A stretch of DNA of 64,000 nucleotides, taken from NCBI RefSeq assembly GCF_036321535.1, contig NC_087437.1, positions 41,666,001-41,730,000 of the forward strand. Reading direction: 5' to 3'. This document shows positions 26,031-39,889 of this stretch, in pieces. Each line of letters starts with the position of its first letter. The stretch's first letter is position 1. The stretch comes from Camelus dromedarius. Lineage: Eukaryota. The notes beneath the pieces are model-generated. The model made no database searches. It was not told where the DNA came from and worked only from the letters and a program-made list of their open reading frames with translations. The translations under genes were made by a program, and so were the position numbers.

Positions 26031-27749
26031 GGCTGCTCTCTCGCCTTCCTGCTCCCTTTCCTTTGTGACCCTGGTCACAAAGAATACACATACTCTTTCC
26101 TATCTCTGGTGCTTTCCTCATCCTGGTCCCTCTGCTTAAAATTCTCCCCAAAACGACGTGCAGAGAGGTGTAAAAGTCTATAATTTACTACAATCACAAC
26201 CTTACAAATGAAGAAACTGAGTTCCAGAGTAGAACATCTGGCACAGGGTTTGGAACGGCTAATTTAAGACAGAACTGAAAACTTTCCTCATTTTTATGGG
26301 CTTCTGCTTCTGATTCCTGAAATGTCCATGAATATCTCTGTTCCAGTCCTGAAAGTCTACTGGATTACTGTTTCCTCTTTCAGCCTCCCAAAATACATAG
26401 ATTTCCATTTCCCTTTAAACTATCACTTTTTATTGCCTAAACCATTTTGTCTCTCCCTAAAGAAGCAAAGAGTAATTGACTTCTACCCAATGATTCAATC
26501 CAATTCCTCAAACATTTGCTGGTCACTTTATACGAGCACTTATGATGAGTGCAGTGAGGAAGACAAAAATGAATAAAAGATGTTCTTTACTCAAAAGGAG
26601 TTCGTAATCCAGTGGGAAAGACAAATATATGAATACATGTGTGCTTATTATAATGGAAGAATGAGTCCAGAAGGTTTAAAATATTTGTTATACTTTTAAA
26701 AAATATATACATAGAACACAAATCCAAAAAATGTTCATATGCATGGAGGAAGAGCAAGTCGACACACTAAGAAAACTATAAGTGAAATGAAGAAAAGCTT
26801 AAAAAGAAAGCTATCTACAAATGTAAATATTTTAAAGCTAATGATTAACCCAGATCAACCGATCAACAAATATATGAGTACCTGTTATATATAAGCCATT
26901 TATTTCTGGTACAGATATATTCTGTACTATTTCAGACAATCAACAGCCCTCAAAACATTGATTATAATCATACAAAAAGAGACCTTTAAGGGCATCTGAT
27001 CCAGTCCCCTCCTCGAGAAACAAAGGTCCCACTAGACTGTCTTATCCAGTGTATTTCCCCTGAGAGATCCAGCCCCCTCATTCTTCCCCAACAACTCAGA
27101 CTTGAATTCTCTGTCTCTCTTGACCTTTCCATCTCCCTCATCCCCAGCAACCAGTCAACTACCAAACCTGTGGCTTCTGCCAGATTCATCCCACAGTGAC
27201 ATCCTTCCCACCTTCATGCTCTTCTTGCTTGTGGGTTGGGCTGCCCCAATAATTCCTAACGGGCTCTCCTGAAATCACTCTTTCTCTTCCCACGCCACCC
27301 ATCACAATGCCAGAGTTGCCCTTCTTACACGCAGCTCTGATCATGCTGTTTCCTTGCCACCAAAATCCAAAAACCAAGAACTTGTTAACTTTCCAGCTCT
27401 CTCGCTCTCAATTCTATCTGTTTCTGGTTGTGCCTTCCCCCGCATCAACCCTCCAGTCCACCTAGCTAAACCATACCCCTACTCCCACACACATTCTGCA
27501 CTCTCCCTCCCATCAGGAGACTGGGGTGGGCCATCCCCCCAGATGCCCTACCTGTCAAGGCTTTATCCACCTTACAAGATCCTGCTTAACCTCTCCCTCT
27601 TCCATTAGCGCTTCTCAGCTCTCCAGCTGTTCATTAATCTTCTGACCCACTCCTCCACACTCTGTTTCCCACTGCACATTACTTGTACTTATTTCACAGC
27701 ATTTAATCTTTGAATTGTGGTTACTGATGTGTCAGCTAAACCATTAGGT

Positions 27750-27935
27750 CAGTGGTTCTCAGATCGTGGTCCCCAAACCAGCAGCATCAGCAGCATCTGG
27801 GAACTTGTTAGAAATGCAAATTCTCCGCCCAGCCCAGACCTACTGAATCAGAAACTCTAGGGTGAAGCCCAGCACTCTGTGTTCTGATGAGCCCTCCAGG
27901 GGATTCTGATGCACAGTGGAGTGTGAGAACCACTG
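27750..27935. mobile_element. MER5A hAT-Charlie MITE, full length
   Basis: Perfect 12-bp TIRs CAGTGGTTCTCA / TGAGAACCACTG; 'cttgttagaaatgcaaattctc', 'agacctactgaatcagaaactct'. Confidence 0.95.
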
Positions 27936-29127
27936 CACCAGACCGTAAATCCCCTGAGGGCAGTGACAAGGACTAAGATTAATTCATCTCAGCTCCAGAG
28001 GCATGGCCTGAAACAGACAGAGTATCAGTGGAATTTCCGGAAATAAATTGCCCAGGGTCACACTAAGTTAGCAGCAGACACAAAATCAGAACTCAGGTTA
28101 TCCCGAATATCAGACCAGAGTTCTTTGCACAATGTTCACAGTTTCCAACAGTAAATTCAGGCCATTTAAATCCATGCATAAAAAGCTACAAAGAGTAGAA
28201 AATGAATTAAATTGCCCAATAATGACAGACTGTACAATTAATAAATCAGGCCATTTGCAACCTGTCACGTAAAAATGATGAATTAGTTGAGCTGGCCGAG
28301 AAGGTTTACTTAGAGAGGCCCTGTTTGCATGAAAGGAGAAATCCTACAGGATTAAGATCCTACAGGATGAGTCCCTGAATTTGAGTAAGTCACTGAATTT
28401 GTGTTCTTCAAACTTCTCACAGGACTCACTATCAACAAGTACATTCTGCTCACAGAATGGATTTTAGGAGCAAACTCGGAAGGGTGTCCTTTTAAAAACA
28501 TATTATATATATTGTGGATATTTCTTTTGAATGCATTTTTTTAAGTAAACAGCTTTTGACCAAAACATATGCAAATATCCTAATAATATGAAAAAAACTG
28601 GCATGTACTGATGTGAATTAGTTTTAAATTTCTCATTTACTTGCAACCTCCAATACAAAGTTGACCAAAGCTGGCTAAATTTTTTGAAAGTTCATTCCTT
28701 TTCTCTCAATCTTAAGAATTTTTAGAGGCTTATTAATCCTTAAGTGCTATCCTTCCCTAATAAGTTTCGTGATGGCTTTCACGTGAGAACAGTAAAATCC
28801 ATTTTCCACTTTTTCATGACTTATTTGGAAAAAGATAGATAAATAATACATAAACATAAGTATCACTGACCCTTAAAATGGGAAACCTAAAGAAACTTTA
28901 AAGGGGAGGAAAAAGCAGTCAGGCCACTGAGTCCAGGTATCACCTTACCCTTGTGTATGACTGTCCTACTGCTGTAGTGTCAGCAATGGTAGGGGGGTGG
29001 GTTGGGTGAGATCAAAGAGGACTGATTAAAATGCTGAAGGGTGCAATGCAGAACTACATGACGAGGGTGTTTCCAGTGAATTACGGTCACTTAAATATCC
29101 TTTACTAATATAACTCTGTATTATAGC

Positions 29128-29550
29128 TGGAGATTGTCATTCTAAGTGAAGAAAGCCAGAAAGAGAAAGAAAAACACCATATGATATCACTCATATGTGG
29201 AATCTAACAAAGAAGAAAAGATACAAATTCTATTTACAAACTAAAAACAGACTCACGGACATGGAAAACAAACTATGGTTACCAAAGGGGAAACAGTGAA
29301 GAGGGATAAATTAGGGACTGGGGATTAACAGACACACGTTACTATATATATAGGATAGATAAACAAGGACCTACTGTATAGCACAGGGAACTATATTCAA
29401 TTTCTTGTAATAACATGTAATGGAAAAGAATCTGAAAAGAAAAAAAATACATGTATGTATATGTATAACTGAATCACTTTGCTGTGCACCTGAAACTAGC
29501 ATTGTTAATCAACTACACTTCAATAAAAAATTAAAATAAATAAATAAGTA
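29128..29550 (+). mobile_element. Lineage-specific L1 3' end
   Basis: 'ctaagtgaagaaagccagaaagagaaagaaaaacaccatatg', 'tatagcacagggaactatattcaa', poly-A tail. Confidence 0.92.
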
Positions 29551-31479
29551 AAACCCTAATTTTTGCAGCATTAAGCAATGGGTCTCACTTTGAAAGAAAC
29601 CAAGGCTTTGTTTGGGGGAACAACATGGCCCAGGGCTAACTCCAGGGTGGCTGGTGAGCCCAGAGGCCAATTCGGGGCCTCCCCCCAGCTGGAGGGGTGT
29701 CACCATCCTCTCTCCCTCAGGGCGACGCCACTTCTCTTGTCCCACGTCAGCTCTGGGGGTTGTGGTGAAGAGGATCCCAAGGCCAAAGAAGCCAAGGTCT
29801 TATCTGAAACTGTCTCTCCCTCCCTCCCCCAGACCCAGCTTGGTTTGTGAGCCATGACAACAAAGAGAAATTCATCATTTCCAGTCATTCTTGCTCAATG
29901 AACATATGGTTTTAAGTAATGGACAAAGTTCACAGCCCTCCTGAGTCTTTGGCCCTAGGCAATCAAGGTGTAAGGAAACTTTTTCTGTACAGAAGTCATC
30001 AGATTAAGGATCTATGACTTAGTGAATAAACACATAAATTGAGAAAAAAAAATCCTGGATGGAATCAGGAGGTGGTGTCGATATAGGTACTGGTTTGATA
30101 AGAGAGAAGGAAAATGGAATGCTTGCTCTGGTAGTGTTAAAATAATCCTCATTACAGTCAATTAAGTGAGGTGCTTATCCTTCACGCTTAACTTGTGCTT
30201 TATTACCGTGCAATACAATGACTTCTTAACATGTTCGAAATGAATATTGCTATCATTTATTTGAATGCAATAGTAAATTCTTCATACTTACCTAGCCAGA
30301 GCTCAAGGTCCAGCTCTAAGCACATTACCTGATCTTCTTGGGAACTGACCCATAGGCCTGAATTTACTTTGCCATTTACGGAGTCAGTCATGTAGGGATG
30401 GGTCTCATACTCCTTACAGGAGGACTGAGTTCTAGCACTAGGGCTGCATGGGGACCCACCGCACACTAAGCCACTAACCCACGCCTGATTCAGAAGCACT
30501 CTAGTGGGCCAAATGGCTAGGTTATCTGGTCTCCAAGTATAATTGTCTACCCACAACTTTGATTTAAAAAAAAAAAAAGGAAATTGCTTGTGACTAAAAC
30601 CACTCCCTAAAGTATTTCTGTGTGTGTGAACTGGCAAAGAAACAAGAACACGGAAAAGCACTGGATTTTAAAACAAAATTATCTAGTGAAATACAAGAGA
30701 AAATCTAAAACATGAAGAGAAGTAAAGGGAATGAAATCTTTTCAGGATTTTTTTCCTCTATTTTAAGCCAGTTCAATAAGCAGATTGGGATCTGCTATAG
30801 GTTAGATTTTTAGATGCATTAAAAAGAGGTGAAATACACGTTTACATACAGTTTATTTAATTATATGCTGTAGTAAAGGAAAAAACTGCACGCCGGAGAT
30901 TCGGTATAGAAGACAGAAAGCATGGAAGCTGATGTGGGGATTCCTACAACAAGTCTACCATTCTTCCAGAATAACAAGAGCAGTACATTGAGCGGGATTT
31001 TCAATGTTTCTGTTTAAGAAAAATCTGAAAAAAAAAAAAAAAAGAAAAGGATAAAAATTATTCCTAAACCCCATGTATTATTACACTTTCTAGGTTGTTT
31101 CAGTAAGACAGATGACTATAAATCTCCGTACAGGTGATCTCAGCAATAATTGAAAGTACTGAGTGCAACCTCAGTAAACAGACCGTTAACACCCCCAAAA
31201 CTTAAATATTTATGTCTTAACTTTACTCCTGCAAAAAATTTTTTAAAACATGATAAAATCATGAGTGGCAATTTGATTTTTATTCTCCCCAATGAAAAAA
31301 TGCATAAATAGGATATTTAAAAGAACAAATAGAGGGAAAAATAAAATATATACATAAACAATAGTTATCTAACATTTTAAAACATCAGAACATTTTGATT
31401 TGAATAAAATCTTTAAAAAGCCAAATATAAGTAAATAATATTATATATTAATGATATAATAATAATAAATATATGATAT

Positions 31480-32270
31480 AATAATAATGACACTGGATTA
31501 TAACCCAAAGTTTAAGATGAATATCCATGGGTCCATACTGATGTGAATAAATAATTGAATAAATAAATAAGTGGGGATGAAAAGACAAACCTGCCACGAA
31601 GAAGAGTTCTAAATCATTTATGTAGCTACTTGTCCCCCTCTAGGAGGTGGGTCATAACTCCCCATCTCAACAGTATGGGCTGTGCAGTGAGCTCCTTCCA
31701 AAGAGGACACTGTGAGAAGGGAAGAAAGAGGAACTTCACAATGGTGCAACCCTCCAGACACTCCCTCAGCCAAGTGACCAAAGTCAACCGCAGGAGGAAG
31801 TCATGTTGCTAGTGTGTGCCTCCATATGATGTGATGAGACCACCACTGTGGTCTTCCTCTCAAAGCCCATGACCCCAGTCAACTCATGAGGAAAACATCA
31901 TAAAAATTCTAACTGAGGGACATTCTACAAAATACCTATGGGGGTACCTAACCAGTACCCCTTCAAACAGTGAAGGTCATCAAAAATATGGAAAATCTGA
32001 GAAACTAGCATAGCTAAGAGGAGCCCAAGGAGACACGACAACATGGGATCCTGGATGGGATCTTGGACTAGAAAAAGACATTAGGGAAAAACCAAGCAAT
32101 AAAGTATGGACTTTAGTCGGTAACAATGCGTCAAGATTGGTTCATTAATTACAGCAAATGTTCCATCCTAGTGTAAGATATTAATAAGGGAGGAAACCAC
32201 AGTTTTCCCACATATATACTATCTTTGCAACTTCTCTACAAATCTGAAACAAAAAGTTTATTTTTAAAAA
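31480..32270 (+). mobile_element. Old L1 3' UTR (L1MC/L1MD-like)
   Basis: 'atccatgggtccatactgat', 'aactgagggacattctacaaaatacc', 'gggatcctggatgggatcttgga', 'aataaagtatggacttta'. Confidence 0.8.
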
Positions 32271-34439
32271 GGTAACTACACAAAACCATGTTTTTTAATG
32301 AGATGCTTTTGTTCAAAGGGGTTTAGAGAAGTACCAGAGCTCTGCTCTCTACGTCTCTGACTCCAGCTTCTGCTCCGATCCTAGCTTGCCCCTGAAACCC
32401 AGAGCAATTTGAAAATCACTATCATGAAAAACTGGGACATGCTGTCATAACAAAACACCAGCCCATTTCAGGCAGCCTGGCAGGACTGGACTGCACCACG
32501 TAGCCTGGCCTTCAGCTGACTGCGTTAGACCTCAAGCTCTATGCGGGCAGAACCACATGTTAGACGCACAAGCCCATGTGAGCACTCCCTTGGCATCAAA
32601 GACTCTGCCTGATAAACTCTCCAATACCAGCACGGGCAGCACTGTTGCAAACACAGGATGAGGGCTTCCACTGCTGGTCCTACTGGCCTTCCTTGGCAGT
32701 AGATCTGCAAAAATTACTCCCCCATTACTCAAGTCTGTTGCCTGCGAGATCAGACTGGGCTAGCATTTCCAGCGTGCCTTTCTGGCCTCCTGGTGTCTTG
32801 AGGTGAGTGATGCACACCCTCTCACCCCCATCACTCCCCCCGAAATCGCCCCTGGTAGAACTCAGGAAAGGGGAGACAAAGGAGTTTCCCCAAATCAGTC
32901 AGGTTTATTTTATATCACCTTCATGTTTAATTGATCTACTTTATCACAGATCAACCACCCACAGAACAAATGGGTACGACTAAATCAAGTCCTTAGACGC
33001 TCTCTGAAATTGAAGGTAACATTCACATAAACAGCTACAGATTTTGCTTCCCATCAGTTGAGAGTGGCCCCTGTTCCAAATGGCAGCGATATCTCAGCAA
33101 TGAGTCACCATCATGAAGGTAACATCCGCGGGGTCAGGAAAGAACGATTAGGAAAACAGATGACTCACTTGGGAACCCAAGGTTCACACTAACATCATCT
33201 ACTTACTTAGAGGTTGGAGAGGCCTTCATTTAACAAGTCATTAGTGAGCACCTACTGTGTGCCAGGAAAGCCCCAGCTCTCATGGAGCTCAAGTTCTCAT
33301 CAAGAAAACTCAATATTCAAGAAAAGAAGACACAAAGAATTCAGATAGTAATAGGTGATAAGTGAACATCACCCACAGTAAAAGGCTAGGACGATGAGGC
33401 TGTGGGCAAAGCAAGGTGGACTGTAGGGGAGGCAGATTTGATAGTCGAGGAAAGACTTTCTAGAGAGGTGACTTTTGAACTTTTTATCACTGTTTCAAAT
33501 GTCAAAAGGAGGCAATTCATGCAAAAACTCAGGAGAAGGGTGTTCCAGGAGAGGGAAGGACACAATGCAAAGGCCCCAAAATGGGAACAAGTTAGTGTGC
33601 TCCAGAAACAGAACCCTCCTGACAATCCCCAGACACAGGCCACCACAGCTCAGAAAGGAGAAAACTGAGGCTGACGTGGGAATAAACCCAGCACAGCCGA
33701 CTCCCCCACTAGGGTGCAGGCACCACACACAGCTGTCTCCTTATGTGGGGATCTAGGCCCAACAGAACTGAACATGGGGAATCAGGCCCTCACATGAGGA
33801 ACAGGTTCATGGGGCAGAGTCAGCCTCTGAAAGCTGTTTCACAAGAAGAGAATTTGAGGCCAAACATAAAAATCCAGGCTCCTATGCAATGTGGCCAGGG
33901 CCTAGTAGCCCCAGTGACTTGACACCATCCAGGGCACATGAGGCCCAGGGCTGGGCAGCAAGGACCCCGAGGAGGAGGCACTGGGCGACCGTCAAAGTCC
34001 CAAGGGAACTTAACAGGCTGCTGCACTGAGTCTCCCCACCCCAAGGATCCCAACTGAGTAGGTCTGCGGCAGAACCTGGGAATCTAAATGTAAGTGATTC
34101 CCCGGCGATTCAGTTCAGGCAGACCTTAGAATCGCCATCGTCGGGAGTGAGGAGGAGGCGAGCTCTTCCTGGAGGGGGAGCTGAGTCTGAAGAATCTTTT
34201 CTCTACAAACAAACAGCATCAAGGATTAAAGTGAATGCAGTTGAGATTTTCTTAAAAATGTATGAAACCAAACAATGCTGTACCAAGTAACAGGAAAGAC
34301 AGTTAAGAACATGGCATAACTAGGTGTATTCCCTTCCTTTCAACCACATCTCCAAGTTCAGGAGAGATTACCTTTGTTTGCAATCTGATATATTTAATGT
34401 AAGTTTAAAATCTAAACTGAAGCAATCTGATTTTTCATA

Positions 34440-34524
34440 ATGGCATGTTTAATGATTGGCTCATGAAATTCCCAAAAGTTTAAAAATCTGCTCTCAGTAT
34501 GAGCCAGTCCCAGCACACCACTGG
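34440..34524 (-). mobile_element. MER63 terminal fragment
   Basis: 'gagccagtcccagcacaccactgg' is the reverse complement of the MER63 end. Confidence 0.65.
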
Positions 34525-34756
34525 CCAAAAGCTTTAAAAAAACAGTCCACGCCTTTCCTTCCCTTTTTCTCTTCGGGTCTTAGTCTTTTCTTCCCTGCAA
34601 TGAGGCTACAGTAGTGTCTTCATATCTGTTCCCGGGAGCCCCATGGTGCCAGCAGCTGAGGGGCAGCCGGTGCCAGGAGGCAGGCAGGGAGAGGAGACGG
34701 GAGGGAGCAGCTGGCTACTGGCCCCATCTAGGAATCGGCAAGAAGAACAGCTCTGT

Positions 34757-34898
34757 GGGGGAGGGTATAGCTCAGTGGTAGAGTGTGTGCCTAGCATGCA
34801 CGGGGTCCTGGGTTCAATCCCCAGTACCTCCATTAAAGGTAAATAAATAAAAACCTAATTACCTCTCCCCCAAAATAAAACAAAATAAGTAAATTAAA
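34757..34898 (+). mobile_element. tRNA-derived SINE (camelid Vic-type)
   Basis: A box 'tagctcagtgg', B box 'gggttcaatccc', A-rich tail; 13-bp TSD aagaacagctctg / aagaatagctctg. Confidence 0.92.
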
Positions 34899-35258
34899 AA
34901 GAATAGCTCTGCTTTGGGGTGTTTTACATCCTGGGGTTTCACAGAAGAACTCAATCAGAAAAGCAGTTCTTGGGGACAGGGGTCGGGAAAAGTAACTACA
35001 ATTTTTTTCGTAAAGTGTCAGCACTGCTGGCCGAGGTTACTGACACAGCATCGACACGTCCATGCATGATTTATGCGGACATATCTCACCCACACCCCTA
35101 TAAAGCTGGTGGTGCCAGCGATGCCCTCCTCCCATTTAGTGTGACCCTGAAGAACAGGACAGGAGGGGTGTTTTTCCATCACAGCACGAGAGAGCCCACT
35201 TTTACCTTGAGAGTGCACTCTATTCTTAATTCTAAATACATTTTAAAAATACACCTCT

Positions 35259-35545
35259 AACTCACGAACATAGAAAACAAACTATGGTTACCAGGGGAGA
35301 AGAGGGGGATAGATTAGGCATTTGGGATTGACAGACACACATTATTATATATCAAATAGGTAAACAACATGGACCTACCGTATAGCACAGGGACTATATT
35401 CAATTTCTTGTAACGAGCCATAATGGAAAAGAAATTGAAAAAATACATATGTATGTATGTATATGTATAACTGAATCGCTTGTTGTACACCGGAAACTAG
35501 CATTGTAAACAGACAACACTTCAATAAAAAATAAGAATAAAAAAA
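35259..35545 (+). mobile_element. Lineage-specific L1 3' end
   Basis: 'catagaaaacaaactatggttacc', 'tatagcacagggactatattcaa', poly-A tail; flanks 'aaaatacacctct' / 'aaaatacctct'. Confidence 0.9.
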
Positions 35546-35949
35546 ATACCTCTGTACATACACACATTGGTAAAGAGCAATGAATCATATCTCTCCTACT
35601 AAATGCCAAGCTGTGCTTATAAATTAAGAAAAATCAAATTTTCTAGCTCATGTCAAAACATATGCCCTAAAGGTATGATTTTCAAAGGCATACAGTCCAC
35701 ACCCTCCAGTTGTAACCAGCTCTGTTGCCAGAAGTCTTCCTACTGCTTCTCATCGCTGGGGTCTCATGGAATGCCATTCTCACTCCAGAATTCCTCCCGG
35801 ACAAGATTCATTTCTCCCTGGTCCAAATCCCCCCACGTCCCCATGCCCATATCTCCTCTAGCAGCAATCCCAGTTTGCTTGGCTATTTATGGATATCACA
35901 CTTGCTGGGTTTGGGGTGCAGCAGGGAGGGCGATGTGTGAAAGAGGGGA

Positions 35950-36195
35950 ATCTAACATTTATGTGTCATTTCTGTGTTCCAGGCTCTATGCTAAACACTT
36001 TACAGGCATTGTTTCCTGTAGTCCTCACAAGAATCCTATGAGATAGGTACTGTTTTTACCCCCATTTTACAGATAGGGAAAACAAGGGCAGAGAGGATTT
36101 TTTAAGTTACTCATCTCAGGCCACATGGTGCTAAAGTGCTCAGGACCTGAATCCAAGCTCTCAGGCTCCTCGGCCAAGGCTTGCAGCCACTATTC
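35950..36195 (-). mobile_element. MIR SINE
   Basis: 'cctcacaagaatcctatgagataggtactgtttttacccccattttacagatagggaaa'. Confidence 0.85.
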
Positions 36196-36469
36196 CTCCC
36201 AGTGAGGAACTTATGGGGCTCACCTGTGCCTTACTGCTATTTACCTTACTTGCCTGCCAAACACCTGCTTCGCACCATCACTGCCCCATCACCCTGCTTC
36301 TAGCCAAGTCAGTGGCAGCTTAGGGTTCAGACTGGAAGTGAGGGTTAGGGTTAAAAATCTTTGCTCCATGTTTCTAACACTGAAATATTTACCATCTACA
36401 ATATCCTACCAGGTGCTTTTTTTCCTTAGGATTCCTTGGGCTAGATTCCCCCACCTTTTTAGTTTTAGT

Positions 36470-36650
36470 TAATCTAAAAAAAGATACCAATAAACTTATT
36501 TACAAAACAGAAATAGACTCACAGATATAGAAAATAAACATAGTTACCAAAGGGGAAGACAGGGAGGGATAAAGTAGGAGTTTGGGATGAACAGATACAC
36601 ACTACTATATATAAAACAGATAAACAACAAGGACCTACTATATAAGCACG
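36470..36650 (+). mobile_element. L1 3' UTR fragment
   Basis: 'aacttatttacaaaacagaaatagactcacagatatagaaaa'. Confidence 0.85.
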
Positions 36651-37485
36651 GGGCCTTTTTAATTTTTAAATCTTTTTGGCATCACAATCATGTTAGTACC
36701 AAAAATATACTTCATCTCCAAATCCTGTACCCTTACTTGAGCTTATGTTTTTACTCCAAAGTGGAGATAATGATGAGATTTAAAAACAATATCAAACCTC
36801 ATCTTCATTTTTTTCCTACTCTTAGCCCCTTTTATCAAATTTCCCACTTTGGGTTCTGCACATTTATACCACTGCTCCCCCATACATCTGGAAGTCTTTT
36901 CCTGCTCCAAGCCATGGAACCCCCATTTCAATCCACTGCTATCTCCCTAATCTCCTTATTTCAAACAACTCCTTCCTCAGAACTTGGGTAGAGAATACTG
37001 CAGAAAAAGGCCAGTAAAATGAGTACAGCTGCCAGTCCAAAATGCCACAGAACGTCCACTCCCCATCTACAGATTTATTTGTAAAAATAGTTAAACAGCA
37101 CAGCAGAATACATAATAAATAATACATTAACCATAAAAACCTTCTATTCTGGAAATACCTACATAATGAAATGAATCACACTATCTTCCTTGATTTGTTA
37201 AATGAACCCTTTGATTCAGCTCACACCTACTGGGCAGTGGAGACACAAAAATGACAAAACCACAATCTGTGACTTCTCACGGGGAAGACAGGTGATAAAA
37301 TAATTGCAAACCCAGTGTTCTAATATCATACTATACACAAAATCCATTCATATAAAAGTAGTGTCAACAAAAACAGACTAGGTTGGTATGAAGATCCCTA
37401 GCAAGGACTGAGAGTTCCCTTGTATCTTCTTGTCCACGCGTTTTGTTGCTTAGCAATGGTTTTAAGCAACATTAAGATCACTTCA

Positions 37486-38852
37486 GGATAAAGACCTGAA
37501 TGAGACCTGAAATCATGAAACTCCTAGAAGAAAACATTGGCAGAATGCTCTCTAACAACCGTCTTAGCAAAGTCTTTCTGGATATGTCTCCTCAGGCAAA
37601 GGAAATAAAAGCAAAAATAAACAAGCGGGACTATATTAAACTAAAAAGCTTCTGCACAGCAAAGAAAACCATCAACAAATCAAAAACACAACCTACCTAC
37701 TGAATGGGAAGAGATATTTGCAAATCATATATTTGGTAAGGGGATAATATCCAAAATATATAAAGAATGCATACAACTCAACATCAAAAAACAAACAAAC
37801 AAACAACCCAATCTAAAAACGTGCAGAGGAGATGATTAAACATTTTCCCAAAGGAGACATACAGATGGCCACAGGCACATTAAAAGATGTTTGATATCAC
37901 TAATTATTAGGGAAATTCAAATCAAAACCACAATGAGCTATCACCTCATGCCTGTTAGAATGGCTCTTATCAAAAAGGCAAGAAATAACAAGCGTTGGCA
38001 AGGATGTGGAGAAAAAGGGAAGCCTCATGCACTGTTGATGGGAATATAAACTGGTGCAGCCACTATGGAAAACAGTATGGTGATTCCTCAAAAAATTAAG
38101 AATAGAACTACCATATGATCCAGCTATCCCATTTCTGACTATTTCTCCAAAGAATACAAAAATACTAATTCAAAAAGATATCTGCACCCCTATGTTCATT
38201 GCAGCATTATTTATAATAGCCAAGATATGGAAACAACCGAAGTGCCCATCAATAAATGAATGGGTAAAGAAGATGTGGTATATACAATGGAATATTACTC
38301 AACCATAAAGTAGATGAGATCTTGCCATTTGCACAAAACAAATAAAAATAAACAAGTGGGACTACATCATACTAAAAAGCTTTTGCACAGCAAAGGAAAA
38401 CATCAACAAATCGAAAAGACAACTTACCTACCAAATGGAAGAAGATAGTTGCAAATCATATATTTGATAAAGGATTAATATCTTGATGACCTTGATAATA
38501 TTATGCTAAGTGAAAGAAGTCAGATGGAGAGAAACAAATACTGTATGATTTCACTCTTAGGTGGAATAGAAAAAACAAACAAAAAAAGCCCCCCCCCCCC
38601 AAAAGAACAAACTAACCAAACCAAACACACTGATAGAGAACAATGTAGTGGTTAGCAGAGGGGAAGGGCCAGGTTGGGGGGGTAAACGGAGGGGGTGAAA
38701 TGGGTAAAGGGAGTCAACTGTACTGTGACAGATGGAAACTAAATTTTGGTGGCTGTCGTGCACACAGAAGTAGAAATACTATGCTGTACACACAAAACTT
38801 ACATAGTGTTATGAACCAATGTTACCTCAATAAAATAATAATAAATAAATAA
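37486..38852 (+). mobile_element. 5'-truncated L1 (3' ORF2 and 3' UTR) with an internal duplication
   Basis: ORF 37500-37703 RPEIMKLLEENIG...INKRDYIKLKSFCTAKKTINK is L1 ORF2; 3' end 'accaatgttacctcaataaa'; degenerate TSD 'atcacttcaggataaa' / 'atcactctaagataaa'. Confidence 0.95.
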
Positions 38853-39889
38853 TCACTCTAAGATAAACCAAAGGAGAGCTATTTTTCCACTACGTTTGAC
38901 ATTTCAAAGGGCATCATTAAGATGAACCACACGGAAGCACAGGCTTGTGTAAAGAACTGACAACGGTGTCAGCACCCTGTCTTCTGTGCTGGCTCCATTC
39001 TCTGCACTGGTTTCTCCCTCCCTTTCCACTGCCTTCGTTTCCCCATGTTTATTCCTTATTCTCCTTCATCCAAATGTACTTACTGTCTGTAAAAGCCTAC
39101 TTTGAAAAAGATCACTGTTGAATACTAAACTTTTATTTTCCTGATCTTAATATAAAGTTTGTCAGCTTATGGCCTTAGAAGTCTCTCTCTCTCTCAACAA
39201 AAGAACTGACCAAACAAAATTATTTTTATTTCCATGTTGCTTTTGGCTGATTTTCTTTTGTGCGTCAGAGGCTTTCAGAAGGTTCCCAATTCTAGGTCCA
39301 AAAAGCTCAAAAAAAAAAAAAAAGATTGAATACAGAATAAAATATTCCTTTTACGCAGAGGGGAGCCTGAGGTCACAGGCATCACCAGCAACTGGGGAAG
39401 GAATCTGGGATTCTGGAATCCTAAGCAGCAAGACTTTCCAGGGCCCACAGTGGGTCACAAGCTTCGGCTCCATCCGCCCCGACATAACCCAGGCCTTTAT
39501 TTAGCAGATTAGCTCTGGGATGGTTATAATGATTATTAAAATATTGAAGTATCTTTCCCAATTGGCAAATATTACCCACCAATACACATCGTGGCCTTCC
39601 CAGACCCTCCCAGAATCCCTGTCCCAACCTCCTCACAATCAAGAGGTAAGATTTGATCCAGTAGAGGGTCTCCAGGACCCTGCCCCAGCGCTCTCCGAGC
39701 TGGACACAACCACACTCCATTTTAATCTCCTCTACTGAAAAATCAGAGAGTTCAACTAATTGAGTTGTGCTTTGATTACAATTATGTCAAATTATTTATC
39801 CCTGAGGACGAAGACAAGCTAGGAGTATAACAAGATGAAAAAAGTTCATTTGTTAGGAGGGGGAAATCATGGGCTATATTTTTCTGGTG

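Noticed and set aside
28341..28368. Duplicated near-palindrome atcctacaggat x2
   Set aside because: Short local duplication with no supporting context.
34757..34832. tRNA gene
   Set aside because: The tRNA-like head continues into a SINE body, A tail and TSD.
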